Shown here piece after piece: positions 46,497 to 55,499 of a stretch of DNA of 64,000 nt. The notes beneath the pieces are model-generated. The model made no database searches and had not been told where the DNA came from. It worked only from the letters and a program-made list of their open reading frames with translations. The translations under genes were made by a program, and so were the position numbers. The stretch comes from an uncultured virus (IMG/VR IMGVR_UViG_3300012009_000259) (taxonomy: Duplodnaviria > Heunggongvirae > Uroviricota > Caudoviricetes), in IMG/VR virus record IMGVR_UViG_3300012009_000259. The stretch is one strand, 5' to 3'. Numbering within the stretch: position 1 is the stretch's first letter; the number at the start of each line of letters is the position of its first letter.

Positions 46497-47084
46497 CTAA
46501 ATATCAACCCCCCTCCACCTCAACACTGCTCGTGACGTTGTGTAGAGGTAACGCCCGTGTCCAACTTCTACCGCTTCCCCGCCGAATTTACGGTGCAGGT
46601 ATTCATACCACTTCATCAAGGACAAGAGCCCCCTAGATGTGGCTTTTATCCGACTCAACTTCTCGTAGGCAAGTTCTTGGTCATGTGGGGTGCGACGCTC
46701 GACGACGTACTCAAGGTGGCTGTGAAACTCCTTATGCCACGCATCAAGTACTCTGGATGATTTGGCGTGTGTATCAAACGAAAAGCACCGCCCCCCGCAG
46801 CACTCTTCCATACAAGAGTCTACATCGTACTTGGTGGGCAATCTGTACCCGCAGGGACAATAATACACTTCGGCTCTATTGTCCTGGATGACATACCCCT
46901 TGTAGACTCGGACTTTGTTTCGGTATGACGCAGATTCGGGCTTCGAGATAAGCCCTTCGTCTATGTCATAAAAGTAATCACCGTATTCGCTTACGAAGTG
47001 TTCCCATCCATTAAAGTCTTTGGGGTATTGGTCCCACGGGGTTCTAGGCCCCGCTCCGAAACCGCCCCAATTTACATAACCCAT
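46497..47084 (-). CDS. Cys-containing hypothetical protein
   Basis: YCPCG..CMEECCG; GGGAGG RBS. Confidence 0.65.
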   Translation of the reverse strand: MGYVNWGGFGAGPRTPWDQYPKDFNGWEHFVSEYGDYFYDIDEGLISKPESASYRNKVRVYKGYVIQDNRAEVYYCPCGYRLPTKYDVDSCMEECCGGRCFSFDTHAKSSRVLDAWHKEFHSHLEYVVERRTPHDQELAYEKLSRIKATSRGLLSLMKWYEYLHRKFGGEAVEVGHGRYLYTTSRAVLRWRGVDI

Positions 47085-47101
47085 ACTGCCTCCCTTTTTT
47101 A

Positions 47102-47144
47102 AAGTGTAACGTCTATTTATGGTTTGTGAATAATCTAAGGCACA
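47102..47144 (+). repeat. 43-bp direct repeat, copy A
   Basis: AAGTGTAACGTCTATTTATGGTTTGTGAATAATCTAAGGCACA; 2 mismatches to 47553-47595. Confidence 0.9.
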
Positions 47145-47533
47145 AGATCGTTTGTGCCTATAACATATTGTGCTATTACTTCAAGATTTGTATGCAGCAG
47201 AAGAGTGGCATAAAAAAGTCAGAGACAATAGATTATATCGTCCCACACCCAGTGGGGAAGCACGCGATGCTCTGTCCACATCCTCTCTTCTTTATCTGTC
47301 ATATCGAGCGTGGCGACATACCATCCGTCGATGGATGGGCCGGTATCAAGAATAACTCCCCTGTCTATCTCGGCTATGAGTCGAGCGATGTGTTTTGCTT
47401 CCTGTTCTGTGGCAGCCTTGGCCAGTATATCACCATCCTGCCCAAGGGAGTAGAGATATTCTTCTTTCCAGATCATCCTGTGCCCCCAATTCCTCTTGAG
47501 GGCTTGCACTAATTTTTTATTTATGTTGGGCAT
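47135..47533 (-). pseudogene. gene with a premature TGA at 47219-47221
   Basis: Frame continues 27 codons past the TGA to ..GTNDLVP-TAG inside the direct repeat. Confidence 0.5.
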
Positions 47534-47552
47534 TGCTTCCCCCTTTTTGTGT

Positions 47553-47595
47553 AAGTGTAATGTCTATTTATAGTTTGTGAATAATCTAAGGCACA
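47553..47595 (+). repeat. 43-bp direct repeat, copy B
   Basis: AAGTGTAATGTCTATTTATAGTTTGTGAATAATCTAAGGCACA. Confidence 0.9.
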
Positions 47596-48167
47596 GGCCT
47601 GTTTGTGGCATATAGGACATCCTCCCATGCTTCTATCTTGGCCCCGCCGACTTCCATAACTCCACCCCGTTGTCTCTCAAGTTGTTGACGGAGTTGAAAC
47701 GGAGCCCCATCAAATTCAATATCAAAACGCTGGTAAACCAGTAGAGTTCTTAACTGAACTCTTTTGTGCGCATTGACAAAAACAAGCCCTCTTTTCTCAT
47801 TAAATACCTCACCGTTAGGCTCCCCTCCTGTCCGCAAAAGTTTCCCACGGTTGAAATAGTGGCACTGAGTCGTGCGATGTTTAGAGGAAATCATAAAACT
47901 TCTTCCCCTATCGTCTCCGTTTATCTTGACCCTTTTTTCTCTCACACGATACCAATGCCCTATTAAGTCCTTAAACCCTAATCCACAGGAGTTCTCTGGG
48001 ACTTTTCTGTCGAGGATACATGATAGCAAAAGAGAGTGTCCAGGGTTTGCTGTTATAACCTCTGAGGGCTTAAATCCGTGTGCTATTATCATCTCTTGCC
48101 CTTTTAATAGTATGTAACCTCTGCGTTTGCTTGCGTGCTGGAATACTATGTTCATATCTCTTCCCAT
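47586..48167 (-). CDS. hypothetical protein, paralog of 41389..41961
   Basis: Clear end-to-end similarity; upstream TGTGTCTACG..TATTATACTGT is also shared. Confidence 0.85.
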   Translation of the reverse strand: MGRDMNIVFQHASKRRGYILLKGQEMIIAHGFKPSEVITANPGHSLLLSCILDRKVPENSCGLGFKDLIGHWYRVREKRVKINGDDRGRSFMISSKHRTTQCHYFNRGKLLRTGGEPNGEVFNEKRGLVFVNAHKRVQLRTLLVYQRFDIEFDGAPFQLRQQLERQRGGVMEVGGAKIEAWEDVLYATNRPVP

Positions 48168-48364
48168 TTGTTGTGTCTACGCCATATTATACTGTTACAT
48201 AAATAGCCGTATACAGCAGGAGAGGGGGATAATAGTTGGGGCCGCCCCTCTCTATGTTTCCTGTGTGTCCCATGCGTTGTGCCCGATTCCACCCGCAACA
48301 CACCTGCTCATGTATAATATATCAACACCAACAGAAATAATCAGTTACAATAAAAAGGGGGCAG

Positions 48365-48728
48365 ATGATAAGAAAGGATAAGCCAACACTCTACACGCGA
48401 ATGTGCAAAGCGGTACTGACAATGACGGGGCGACAAAGATTCCCCTATCATAAAGACCTCTGGACACACGGAAGGGGCGGTCACGGCACTTGCCCGCTGG
48501 CACAAAAGTGTGCCATCGCATTACGTAGATGAGCCAACTACCATAAGGCACGCCAGCGGACATAGCGGCATTTTTGCTGAGTTGGATGGTGAAGAATGGT
48601 TGTTCATTGAAGATGGTCGATGCTGGATGAACGGCCAAGAGTGTCTTGACGAGGCACGAGCAAGAAGGTTTGTTAATGCCTTTATTGAGTATGCTGATAA
48701 ATACATTCGGGAGAGAACCTTCAAATAA
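48365..48728 (+). pseudogene. probable frameshifted gene (extra G in the run at 48427-48430)
   Basis: RBS and ATG at 48365; the second frame is open from 48426 to 48728 and joins if one G is removed. Confidence 0.4.
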
Positions 48729-48807
48729 AAAGTGGTGACAAAACAAACCTTTTGATGCGGCGTATTGATAGAGAATGGTGTGGGTTTTACAACAAAGGAG
48801 AGAATCA

Positions 48808-49044
48808 ATGTCATTGAGCCTAAATATGCGCGAGTCTATAGAGCAAGTATTGAAAGAAGAAGTGCGAGCAGGCAATGTCAAGGCGAGTGCGGTGCCTATC
48901 ATCCGCGATAAGATTCAATATGTGGTTGCAAGAGGGTTGGACGCCGAAGGCGTTTATGCTATGGGCGCGTACAGCGTAATCAAAAGACTAAAAGAGGCAG
49001 GGGTGCGCAAAGTAGCACGCTGGGATGTCGAGCGAGATTATTAA
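48808..49044 (+). CDS. hypothetical protein
   Basis: ATG after AAGGAG. Confidence 0.55.
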   Translation: MSLSLNMRESIEQVLKEEVRAGNVKASAVPIIRDKIQYVVARGLDAEGVYAMGAYSVIKRLKEAGVRKVARWDVERDY

Positions 49045-49158
49045 CAAACGAGTATTCCCCCCTTATGTTCTCTCGACGCACAAAGGGGCGCTCTATAAGT
49101 ATAAAGTAGTGCCTCTCTGCTTTGTGATGAGGTAGAGAGAAAAAAACAAGAGGAGTCT

Positions 49159-49197
49159 GTTTCAATCCCCTAATGAGGGGGGTATTGGGGACTGAAC
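49159..49197 (-). other. solitary CRISPR-repeat-like sequence
   Basis: Minus strand GTTCAGTCCCCAATACCCCCCTCATTAGGGGATTGAAAC: 5' GTT, CCCC/GGGG stem, 3' ATTGAAAC; single copy. Confidence 0.4.
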
Positions 49198-49208
49198 GGC
49201 ATTAGCCC

Positions 49209-49823
49209 TTAGAGATCGTATCGTGTTTTTTCGACTATCAAGCGGTGATCTTCGCTTTCCCTGTTTAGAAACAATTCCCAAAGACCATTCCTGACAACCC
49301 ACATCTGACCTATGTTGTCAATCGTAACCAGGGTAACTCTATGACGTAGAGACTTGGGGATATGCTTGTATTCGAGGAACTTGCAGATTTTGTACTGCCC
49401 CCTAATAGATCGGGAGACCACCTCAGGGCCTTGTTCCATAGGGAGTGAATAAACGGGGTGAGGCCTCTTTTGGTTATTGGCACGCATCAGTTCCCAACAT
49501 GCCCAACCTATACCTTGGCGTGCGACTCCTTTCAGATTCCCGTGGATGGCACAGATACGACCATCGGTAAAAAACACCTTTAACGGGGAACTCTCAGGCT
49601 CTTGTGTTTGGAAGGAGATACTTTGCCCTCGTGGGGTAAATGTCCACTTCTCTTTATCCTCCGACAGATCGAAGCAATAATCGTACCATTCCCTCCTGGT
49701 ATGTAGGGTACGCCCCTCTTCACCCAGACTTAGGGTGAAATACTTCCCCTCAGATACATAAGCCTCACCAATAGGCATATAGTGCGTTATGGGGCGGCTC
49801 TCTTTCTTATATACTTTCATCAC
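49209..49823 (-). CDS. hypothetical protein
   Basis: 204 aa, operonic. Confidence 0.6.
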   Translation of the reverse strand: MMKVYKKESRPITHYMPIGEAYVSEGKYFTLSLGEEGRTLHTRREWYDYCFDLSEDKEKWTFTPRGQSISFQTQEPESSPLKVFFTDGRICAIHGNLKGVARQGIGWACWELMRANNQKRPHPVYSLPMEQGPEVVSRSIRGQYKICKFLEYKHIPKSLRHRVTLVTIDNIGQMWVVRNGLWELFLNRESEDHRLIVEKTRYDL

Positions 49824-49828
49824 ACCCC

Positions 49829-50320
49829 CTATGCTCTATTTATCATGGCGGCTGCGTGTACTTGCGCCATAAGAGCCTCGGCAGTTCTGCTTAGGTCTTC
49901 GAGCGCGGAACGCATATCTGACACAGATTCATCTATAGTCTTCCCAAGGGCTTGTATGTGTATATCCACGTACCAGTCGTCATCCTGGGGCATTGACAAT
50001 TTCCATCCCCGCCCTACAACATCCATTCCAACAGTAGTGAGATAGCCCCTCCCCTTCCTTCGGGGCGTTAATTCTTTCTCTCTCATTATGTTAGATGCGA
50101 CATGTGCTACCTCTCTCAGAAGTCTAACCATCTGCATCATCACATCATCCTTCGTAGCTCCATAAGTCTGCAAACAAAGGCTATATTTCCTGTTGCTGTC
50201 AGTTTTTCTTAGGGCGATGTTTAGGTACGCGCTCCAATCATCAATATCATCTACTTGTTCAAAGCGGAGCTCGTGATTGCGATAGTTTAATCTCTGTGAA
50301 CTACGATTTATTTTTACCAT
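49829..50320 (-). CDS. hypothetical protein with two internal repeats
   Basis: DDWSAYLNI..LQTYGATKDDVM versus DDWYVDIHIQALGKTIDESV. Confidence 0.6.
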   Translation of the reverse strand: MVKINRSSQRLNYRNHELRFEQVDDIDDWSAYLNIALRKTDSNRKYSLCLQTYGATKDDVMMQMVRLLREVAHVASNIMREKELTPRRKGRGYLTTVGMDVVGRGWKLSMPQDDDWYVDIHIQALGKTIDESVSDMRSALEDLSRTAEALMAQVHAAAMINRA

Positions 50321-50361
50321 TTAGATTCTCCTCCGTGTGTTATGTGATGAACAGATTGTTC

Positions 50362-50919
50362 TTATTCCTTACCAGTCCACCTTAGAGACTGCTTGTAGGG
50401 TACTGCTCTAAGACCGTGCTTGCGGAGCACACCTTGCCAATGTTTGCGTGTCCTGTTTCCGGCGGGGTCATTGTACATGTCTTGATTATATCCCCTAACC
50501 AAGCTCTTAAACCAAGGCTGCTCTATCAGCCGCCTGTACTGCATTAGCGTTTCTCTTGCTTGGGGGGAATCTGCGTGGAGTATTCTCTCATCGTTGGGCA
50601 CTAACATAAAGCCCCGAAACTCCTCTCCCTCTCTTTGTACAAAATCTTCAGGGCGCACCCATTGCAGGACGACGGTTCCTCTGCTTATACCATCCTCTGC
50701 CTCAAAAGCAAATCTTCCCTCTGGGGTGTTGGCATACCCGCAGACAGTCTTGTCTATGGCGTTGTGTCTTTCTACCGATGTGATCCCTACTCGCTCTGTG
50801 TTTCTAGCGCATGAGATAGACTCCAGGATTTCTTCAGCCATACTAGGGTGTCGATTGTTGAATTCTTCAAAAGACTCTTGACCCATCTCAATCCTTCCTC
50901 TGTTTGATATTGGCTCCAC
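50362..50919 (-). CDS. hypothetical protein
   Basis: GAACCT-N17-TATAAT at 50934-50962 (minus strand). Confidence 0.65.
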   Translation of the reverse strand: MEPISNRGRIEMGQESFEEFNNRHPSMAEEILESISCARNTERVGITSVERHNAIDKTVCGYANTPEGRFAFEAEDGISRGTVVLQWVRPEDFVQREGEEFRGFMLVPNDERILHADSPQARETLMQYRRLIEQPWFKSLVRGYNQDMYNDPAGNRTRKHWQGVLRKHGLRAVPYKQSLRWTGKE

Positions 50920-51078
50920 AGCCCCTTTTATCTATTATACTGCACATTAGGTGAAGAGGTTCTGTACCCCGTATAATAAGGAGACACCCATGTGCAAACA
51001 CAAAGAACCCCGATTAGGGGATTGAGACGATATGTAAGTACGCAACTGAATCAGCAAGCAAGGAGAAGGAAGATAGAC

Positions 51079-51891
51079 ATGTATAAGATGGATTTAGGCA
51101 GAGAGTTAAGAGTTGTTGCTCGGATACTCGACAAGATCGGGGTCGAGTCTGGGCCAAGCCTTACTGATGTCTTTGGAACATGGCGAAAGGAAGAGACAGT
51201 TAGGAAACTATGGAGCATCTCCTCTATTAGTCTACGACATCAAGTTGGGGAACACTACTACATGATAGAGCCTGAGTGCCCCTGGAGATACATACTGTGG
51301 GACGAGGAATATGAGGGGAGGAATGCCTTGCGGAAGATGCCACGCCAACAATGGGAGCAGTACCACGAAAGCATGTTTGTAGGGGCATTCATGCAGGCTG
51401 TGAGGGTGTTAGAATTTCCTCCCGAATGGGCACTCTCGTATCGAAAGGCTATTGACAATAATTTGTCTAATAAGTCAAAAGAACAGTGGCGACAGGTTGT
51501 AAGGTCTCTGTACGCTGCTACGTATCATTTTTCGGGAATAGATGCGTATACTGATAAGCAGATAGAGGCACTTGAGAAACTGATTGTGGTTTATTCCCCA
51601 TTTGATCACATCGTGCCAACCTACAACGACATCTTTATGTGGTACATTCTCCATACCCAGGATGATAGGCTGTTTCGTAGACTTGCGAAATATGTCCCAC
51701 CTAGAGTTCTTAATAAGGATTTTAAGCACCTACGAGAAAAAAGAAAAGAATGGTTCTGCGAATACATAGTAGAAGGTGGTCGCAAAGAATATGTATTCGC
51801 ACACCAAACAACGAGAGAGATGGTTAGGGCGTGGATACAGGAAAACGAGGCAAACTGCCCCCAAGAGATTAAACCTTGGATTGACACGTAA
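51079..51891 (+). CDS. hypothetical helical protein
   Basis: ATG after AGGAGAAGGA; long ORF. Confidence 0.65.
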   Translation: MYKMDLGRELRVVARILDKIGVESGPSLTDVFGTWRKEETVRKLWSISSISLRHQVGEHYYMIEPECPWRYILWDEEYEGRNALRKMPRQQWEQYHESMFVGAFMQAVRVLEFPPEWALSYRKAIDNNLSNKSKEQWRQVVRSLYAATYHFSGIDAYTDKQIEALEKLIVVYSPFDHIVPTYNDIFMWYILHTQDDRLFRRLAKYVPPRVLNKDFKHLREKRKEWFCEYIVEGGRKEYVFAHQTTREMVRAWIQENEANCPQEIKPWIDT

Positions 51892-51896
51892 GCATC

Positions 51897-51992
51897 TTAG
51901 TTGGGGGGATGGGGGGGTATTTTAGAAAAGTCCTTCGACCTACATCCAAAACTTTTTTACTTTCCAAAATACCCCCCCATCCCCCCAACTAA
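51897..51992. repeat. dispersed G-rich palindrome, copy 6
   Basis: TTAGTTGGGGGGATGGGGGGGTATTTTAGAAAAGT...ACTTTCCAAAATACCCCCCCATCCCCCCAACTAA. Confidence 0.95.
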
Positions 51993-52055
51993 ACTTCTTC
52001 AGAAAAGAGTAAGTATGATTAAACAGCCAATACAAAAAGGAGTAGGAGGGTTAGG

Positions 52056-52568
52056 ATGAATAGAGCTCCAATTCATATTACAGAACAGGGCACTAACAGG
52101 CTGATTGCTAACATGCAGGTGATGAGATTAACAAGGCGAAGCAAGCCGTTCAAAGGGACATTGGGTTTAGCGCAATACCTAAGGGGGCACGAAGACCCAC
52201 GAGAGTATTTCCTCGCGTTCGCATATCTTGTACTAAACACTGAGCAATGGCAATTCCAGATATACACCCCCAGGGCAGTGCGCTATAGGATTATACCTTC
52301 TTCACCTAAGATGATCGACCGAATGACTAAGTTCATCAATACTCAAATCAACGCCTGGAAAAATGAACATAACACGGTACTCGTGGAGGCGTTGACTACT
52401 GGTGGCATAATCCTTATGCAACAGGTGGGTGGGGCTTCTGCGAATAAGGATAGAACCTGGGATGCTAAAGACATGCAAATCACCACTATTGAGAGTCCCA
52501 GTGGAAAAACTATCGCCAGGCTTGGGCACTATGAAATACAGTTGAGCCTGCCTATTCCTCCAAAGTGA
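52056..52568 (+). CDS. hypothetical protein flanked by palindromes 6 and 7
   Basis: 170 aa; AGGAGG RBS. Confidence 0.7.
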   Translation: MNRAPIHITEQGTNRLIANMQVMRLTRRSKPFKGTLGLAQYLRGHEDPREYFLAFAYLVLNTEQWQFQIYTPRAVRYRIIPSSPKMIDRMTKFINTQINAWKNEHNTVLVEALTTGGIILMQQVGGASANKDRTWDAKDMQITTIESPSGKTIARLGHYEIQLSLPIPPK

Positions 52569-52573
52569 TAACC

Positions 52574-52674
52574 TTTTTAGTTGGGGGTATGGGGGGGTAT
52601 TTTGGAAAAGTCCTCCAGCAAAACTTTTTCCCAAAGTACTTTTCTGAAAATACCCCCAACCCCCCCACTAAAAG
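52574..52674. repeat. dispersed G-rich palindrome, copy 7
   Basis: TTTTAGTTGGGGGTATGGGGGGGTATTTTGGAAAAGT...ACTTTTCTGAAAATACCCCCAACCCCCCCACTAAAA. Confidence 0.95.
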
Positions 52675-52814
52675 AAATATAAACCATGCCTTTTTACAAC
52701 TGGATACGCTATGCTCAGCATAACCCCTGTGTTTACCAAGCAGTATAATGCAGTGATAAGATAGGCGCAGAGACCCACAATCATGATGCTTGTTGTAGAG
52801 AGGAGAGGAGGAGT

Positions 52815-53972
52815 ATGTCCAAAGAGGTGTTCAAGAAGATACCTACAGTTGTTTTGATTTTATTGGGCGTCTTTGGTGTCTTGGGTTATTGTTCGGCTGT
52901 CTTCTTAACCAACCACATAGCAGATAGCAACACAGGAAACACGGCAACCCCTACCCGTACAGAGGCGGTAAGTTCATTGGGTATAGTAACAGATGCAAGT
53001 GCCACTCCAGTCATCTTTACGCCTACCTCTTCGCCCAACGCCTTGAAAACAAGTACCCCATTTGTCACTAGGACGCCATCAGCCACCGCAACTCAGACCC
53101 CTTACCCTACTGCAAGCCCTACCCCAACACCCACAGAAGCACATAAAGGAGAGCCTGCTGTAGTTATAGATGTTGTAGACGGTGATACAATTAAAGTCAT
53201 CATAGATAATCAGCAGTATACAGTCCGTTACATCGGGATAGATACTCCAGAAACCGTTCACCCCTCAAAGCCGGTAGAATGGATGGGGGCAGAAGCCTCG
53301 GCGCGTAACAAAGAACTGGTCAGCGGAAAGACTGTATATCTGGAAAGCGATGTCTCAAACACAGACAGATATGGGCGCTTATTGCGGTACATATTTCTGG
53401 CAGATGGGACATTTGTAAATAAGGTGCTGGTAGAAGAAGGCTACGCACACGCCTCGGAGTATCCTCCTGACACCAAGTACCAAGACGTATTGGAGCAATC
53501 TCAACGTGAAGCGATGGAGCAAGAGACAGGGCTTTGGTCTGAGAAGCCAGATCCAACCGCAACCGCAACTCATATTCCTACTGCAACCCCCACTGTTGTT
53601 CAGCCTACCGCAGAAACACCACCTTCAACTACTGCCCCTGTAACACCTGGAGAAGTCCAGATAACATATATCCTTGCCGATGGGGTTGTGTCTCGCGTAG
53701 AGAGCGATGAGTACGCTGTAGTAGAAAACATCGGCGGCGCTGAGGTGAGCATAGGAGGATTTAGGCTGAACGCGGGAGACCCAGGACAAGATTTCGTCTT
53801 CCCCGACTATGTGCTTCAGCCAGGACAGTCTTGTCGAGTCTACACTAACGAAATGCACCTCGAAACCTGTGGTTTTAGCTTTGGTATAGGTAAAGCAATT
53901 TGGAATAATTCAGGAGACTGTGGTTTCCTCTATAATCAACAAGGGGAGAAGGTATCAGAGTATTGCTATTAA
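52815..53972 (+). CDS. membrane-anchored thermonuclease (SNase) with a C-terminal lamin-tail domain
   Basis: TM, PT linker, VVDGDTI, VRYIGIDTPE, DRYGRLLRY; LTD: EYAVVENIG..FVFPDYVLQPG..IWNNSGD. Confidence 0.9.
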   Translation: MSKEVFKKIPTVVLILLGVFGVLGYCSAVFLTNHIADSNTGNTATPTRTEAVSSLGIVTDASATPVIFTPTSSPNALKTSTPFVTRTPSATATQTPYPTASPTPTPTEAHKGEPAVVIDVVDGDTIKVIIDNQQYTVRYIGIDTPETVHPSKPVEWMGAEASARNKELVSGKTVYLESDVSNTDRYGRLLRYIFLADGTFVNKVLVEEGYAHASEYPPDTKYQDVLEQSQREAMEQETGLWSEKPDPTATATHIPTATPTVVQPTAETPPSTTAPVTPGEVQITYILADGVVSRVESDEYAVVENIGGAEVSIGGFRLNAGDPGQDFVFPDYVLQPGQSCRVYTNEMHLETCGFSFGIGKAIWNNSGDCGFLYNQQGEKVSEYCY

Positions 53973-53984
53973 AGGAGGGTTTAC

Positions 53985-55079
53985 ATGTTTAGGAAAACGA
54001 TGCTGTCGCTCTTTCTCGTGTGTCTTTTGATAATCCCCAATGGAGTACTGGCAGAAACTGGGCCTGTTGAACTTGATTATTTTAATTGCGAAGACCCCTT
54101 CCCAAGCAGCAGTGCCCATGCTCTTGCTACCATAACTTCTTTCTCCTGTTGGGCAGATGACGCCTCCAAGGGGGCCATAGAATCTAGCCAGTTTGCTATC
54201 GCCCCCATAGACAGATCATTGGCATATATTGCGCGTGTACACAAAAACCCTGATGATGGTTACTGGCATATTGCTAGTGGCGAAAGCGACTCAGTTGTCT
54301 TTCATAGCCTTTGGGAGTCGAACATAGACTATGGGGAGGAGCTGTATATCCGAGTGCTTTCTGACCAGGAATTTACTGCATACTTTCTCCCACCTATTGC
54401 AGAGCATGAAGAAGGCAAGAAAGTCCCTTGTGAATATAAGTTGGGGGCTTATGACTACATATACAGGCTAGAGAAGTTGCAGCGACAACCCTCTGGCGTG
54501 TCAACTGTATACACTGTCGAATCTGATGGGTATTCTGACGCCAAGTACATGTATTGCGATTACAACGATACAGAGATTCATCTTGATAACACAGATGTGC
54601 CTGACACGATAGACTTATCAGACAAGGAAGAACTTGGCGAATTCCAAGGTTACGTAGCAATAGGGGCAGATACGCCCATTACTCCGACAATCATATCAGG
54701 CGAAGGGGAAATCCCTTCTTTTGTCTATCTACCATTGACACTGAAGCCCGCCCCACCCCTGCCCGACATACAGCTAACGTGCGGTGTTTCTAATGAGTCT
54801 CCCTATCAGCACCAAACGGTGTCCGTATGGAGTGATTTGAAGAATCACGACAATGGTATTTTTGGCGTCACAATGAATACCACTTGGAACTACAGAACAG
54901 TTACAAGTTATTGTAGCGGGGTCACCAATTCAAGTGGCAGGGCCACATGCTCGCGTAATATATCCGACGCAACCATAGGCTATGAAGTGTTGATAGATGT
55001 AGAAATGACTCTTGATGATACTGACTACTTATGTGTTACCTCTTTCACCCCAGAGAGTCGAGCGGTTTTACACAGGTGA
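53985..55079 (+). CDS. secreted protein with a Chloroflexota-type YLPL motif and an Ig-like C-terminus
   Basis: Signal VLA-E; FVYLPLTLK; GVTNSSGRAT. Confidence 0.7.
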   Translation: MFRKTMLSLFLVCLLIIPNGVLAETGPVELDYFNCEDPFPSSSAHALATITSFSCWADDASKGAIESSQFAIAPIDRSLAYIARVHKNPDDGYWHIASGESDSVVFHSLWESNIDYGEELYIRVLSDQEFTAYFLPPIAEHEEGKKVPCEYKLGAYDYIYRLEKLQRQPSGVSTVYTVESDGYSDAKYMYCDYNDTEIHLDNTDVPDTIDLSDKEELGEFQGYVAIGADTPITPTIISGEGEIPSFVYLPLTLKPAPPLPDIQLTCGVSNESPYQHQTVSVWSDLKNHDNGIFGVTMNTTWNYRTVTSYCSGVTNSSGRATCSRNISDATIGYEVLIDVEMTLDDTDYLCVTSFTPESRAVLHR

Positions 55080-55082
55080 GCC

Positions 55083-55499
55083 ATGACCCATAGAAAAGGT
55101 CTCAATTCTCGGTCAATCCTTAAGCCGGATGAGGTAAATCTATTAAGATGCAGGATTGCGAGATGCGCCCAAGACATATATGCGTATTACGAAAAGCACC
55201 CACCTGAAAACGGTGGGGGGATATGTGATGAGATAGCGAGCGGAATAGTAGATATTGTGTACAACTCTTTTGATGATGCTGATGCCCAAGTTGGGGGTTG
55301 GCCTGGGGATGACCATGCCCCCGTAATTGCTGTTATTAGGGGAGTTCCGTATCACATAGATATTCCCCCAGATGTGTACGAGGTAGGCGGCGGATACAAC
55401 TGGCGCGTTCTAGAGGGTGTGATTATAAGCCCCTCTTATGTTGTTATTCGTAGGCTACCACTTGAAACACTCAAACATATAACAATAGGAGGTTATTGA
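55083..55499 (+). CDS. hypothetical protein (possible Cys-His-Asp transglutaminase-like triad)
   Basis: GGICDEIA, DDHA, YHIDIP. Confidence 0.55.
   Translation: MTHRKGLNSRSILKPDEVNLLRCRIARCAQDIYAYYEKHPPENGGGICDEIASGIVDIVYNSFDDADAQVGGWPGDDHAPVIAVIRGVPYHIDIPPDVYEVGGGYNWRVLEGVIISPSYVVIRRLPLETLKHITIGGY

Noticed and set aside
10371..52674. Palindromes as integron attC sites
   Set aside because: Polarity is the reverse of attC: GTTRRR is on the left and YYYAAC on the right, whereas attC reads RYYYAAC...GTTRRRY. No integron integrase is seen.
41256..52674. Palindromes as a CRISPR array for the Cas3/Cas4-like genes
   Set aside because: The copies are dispersed over kilobases, inverted rather than direct, and lack regular repeat-spacer periodicity.
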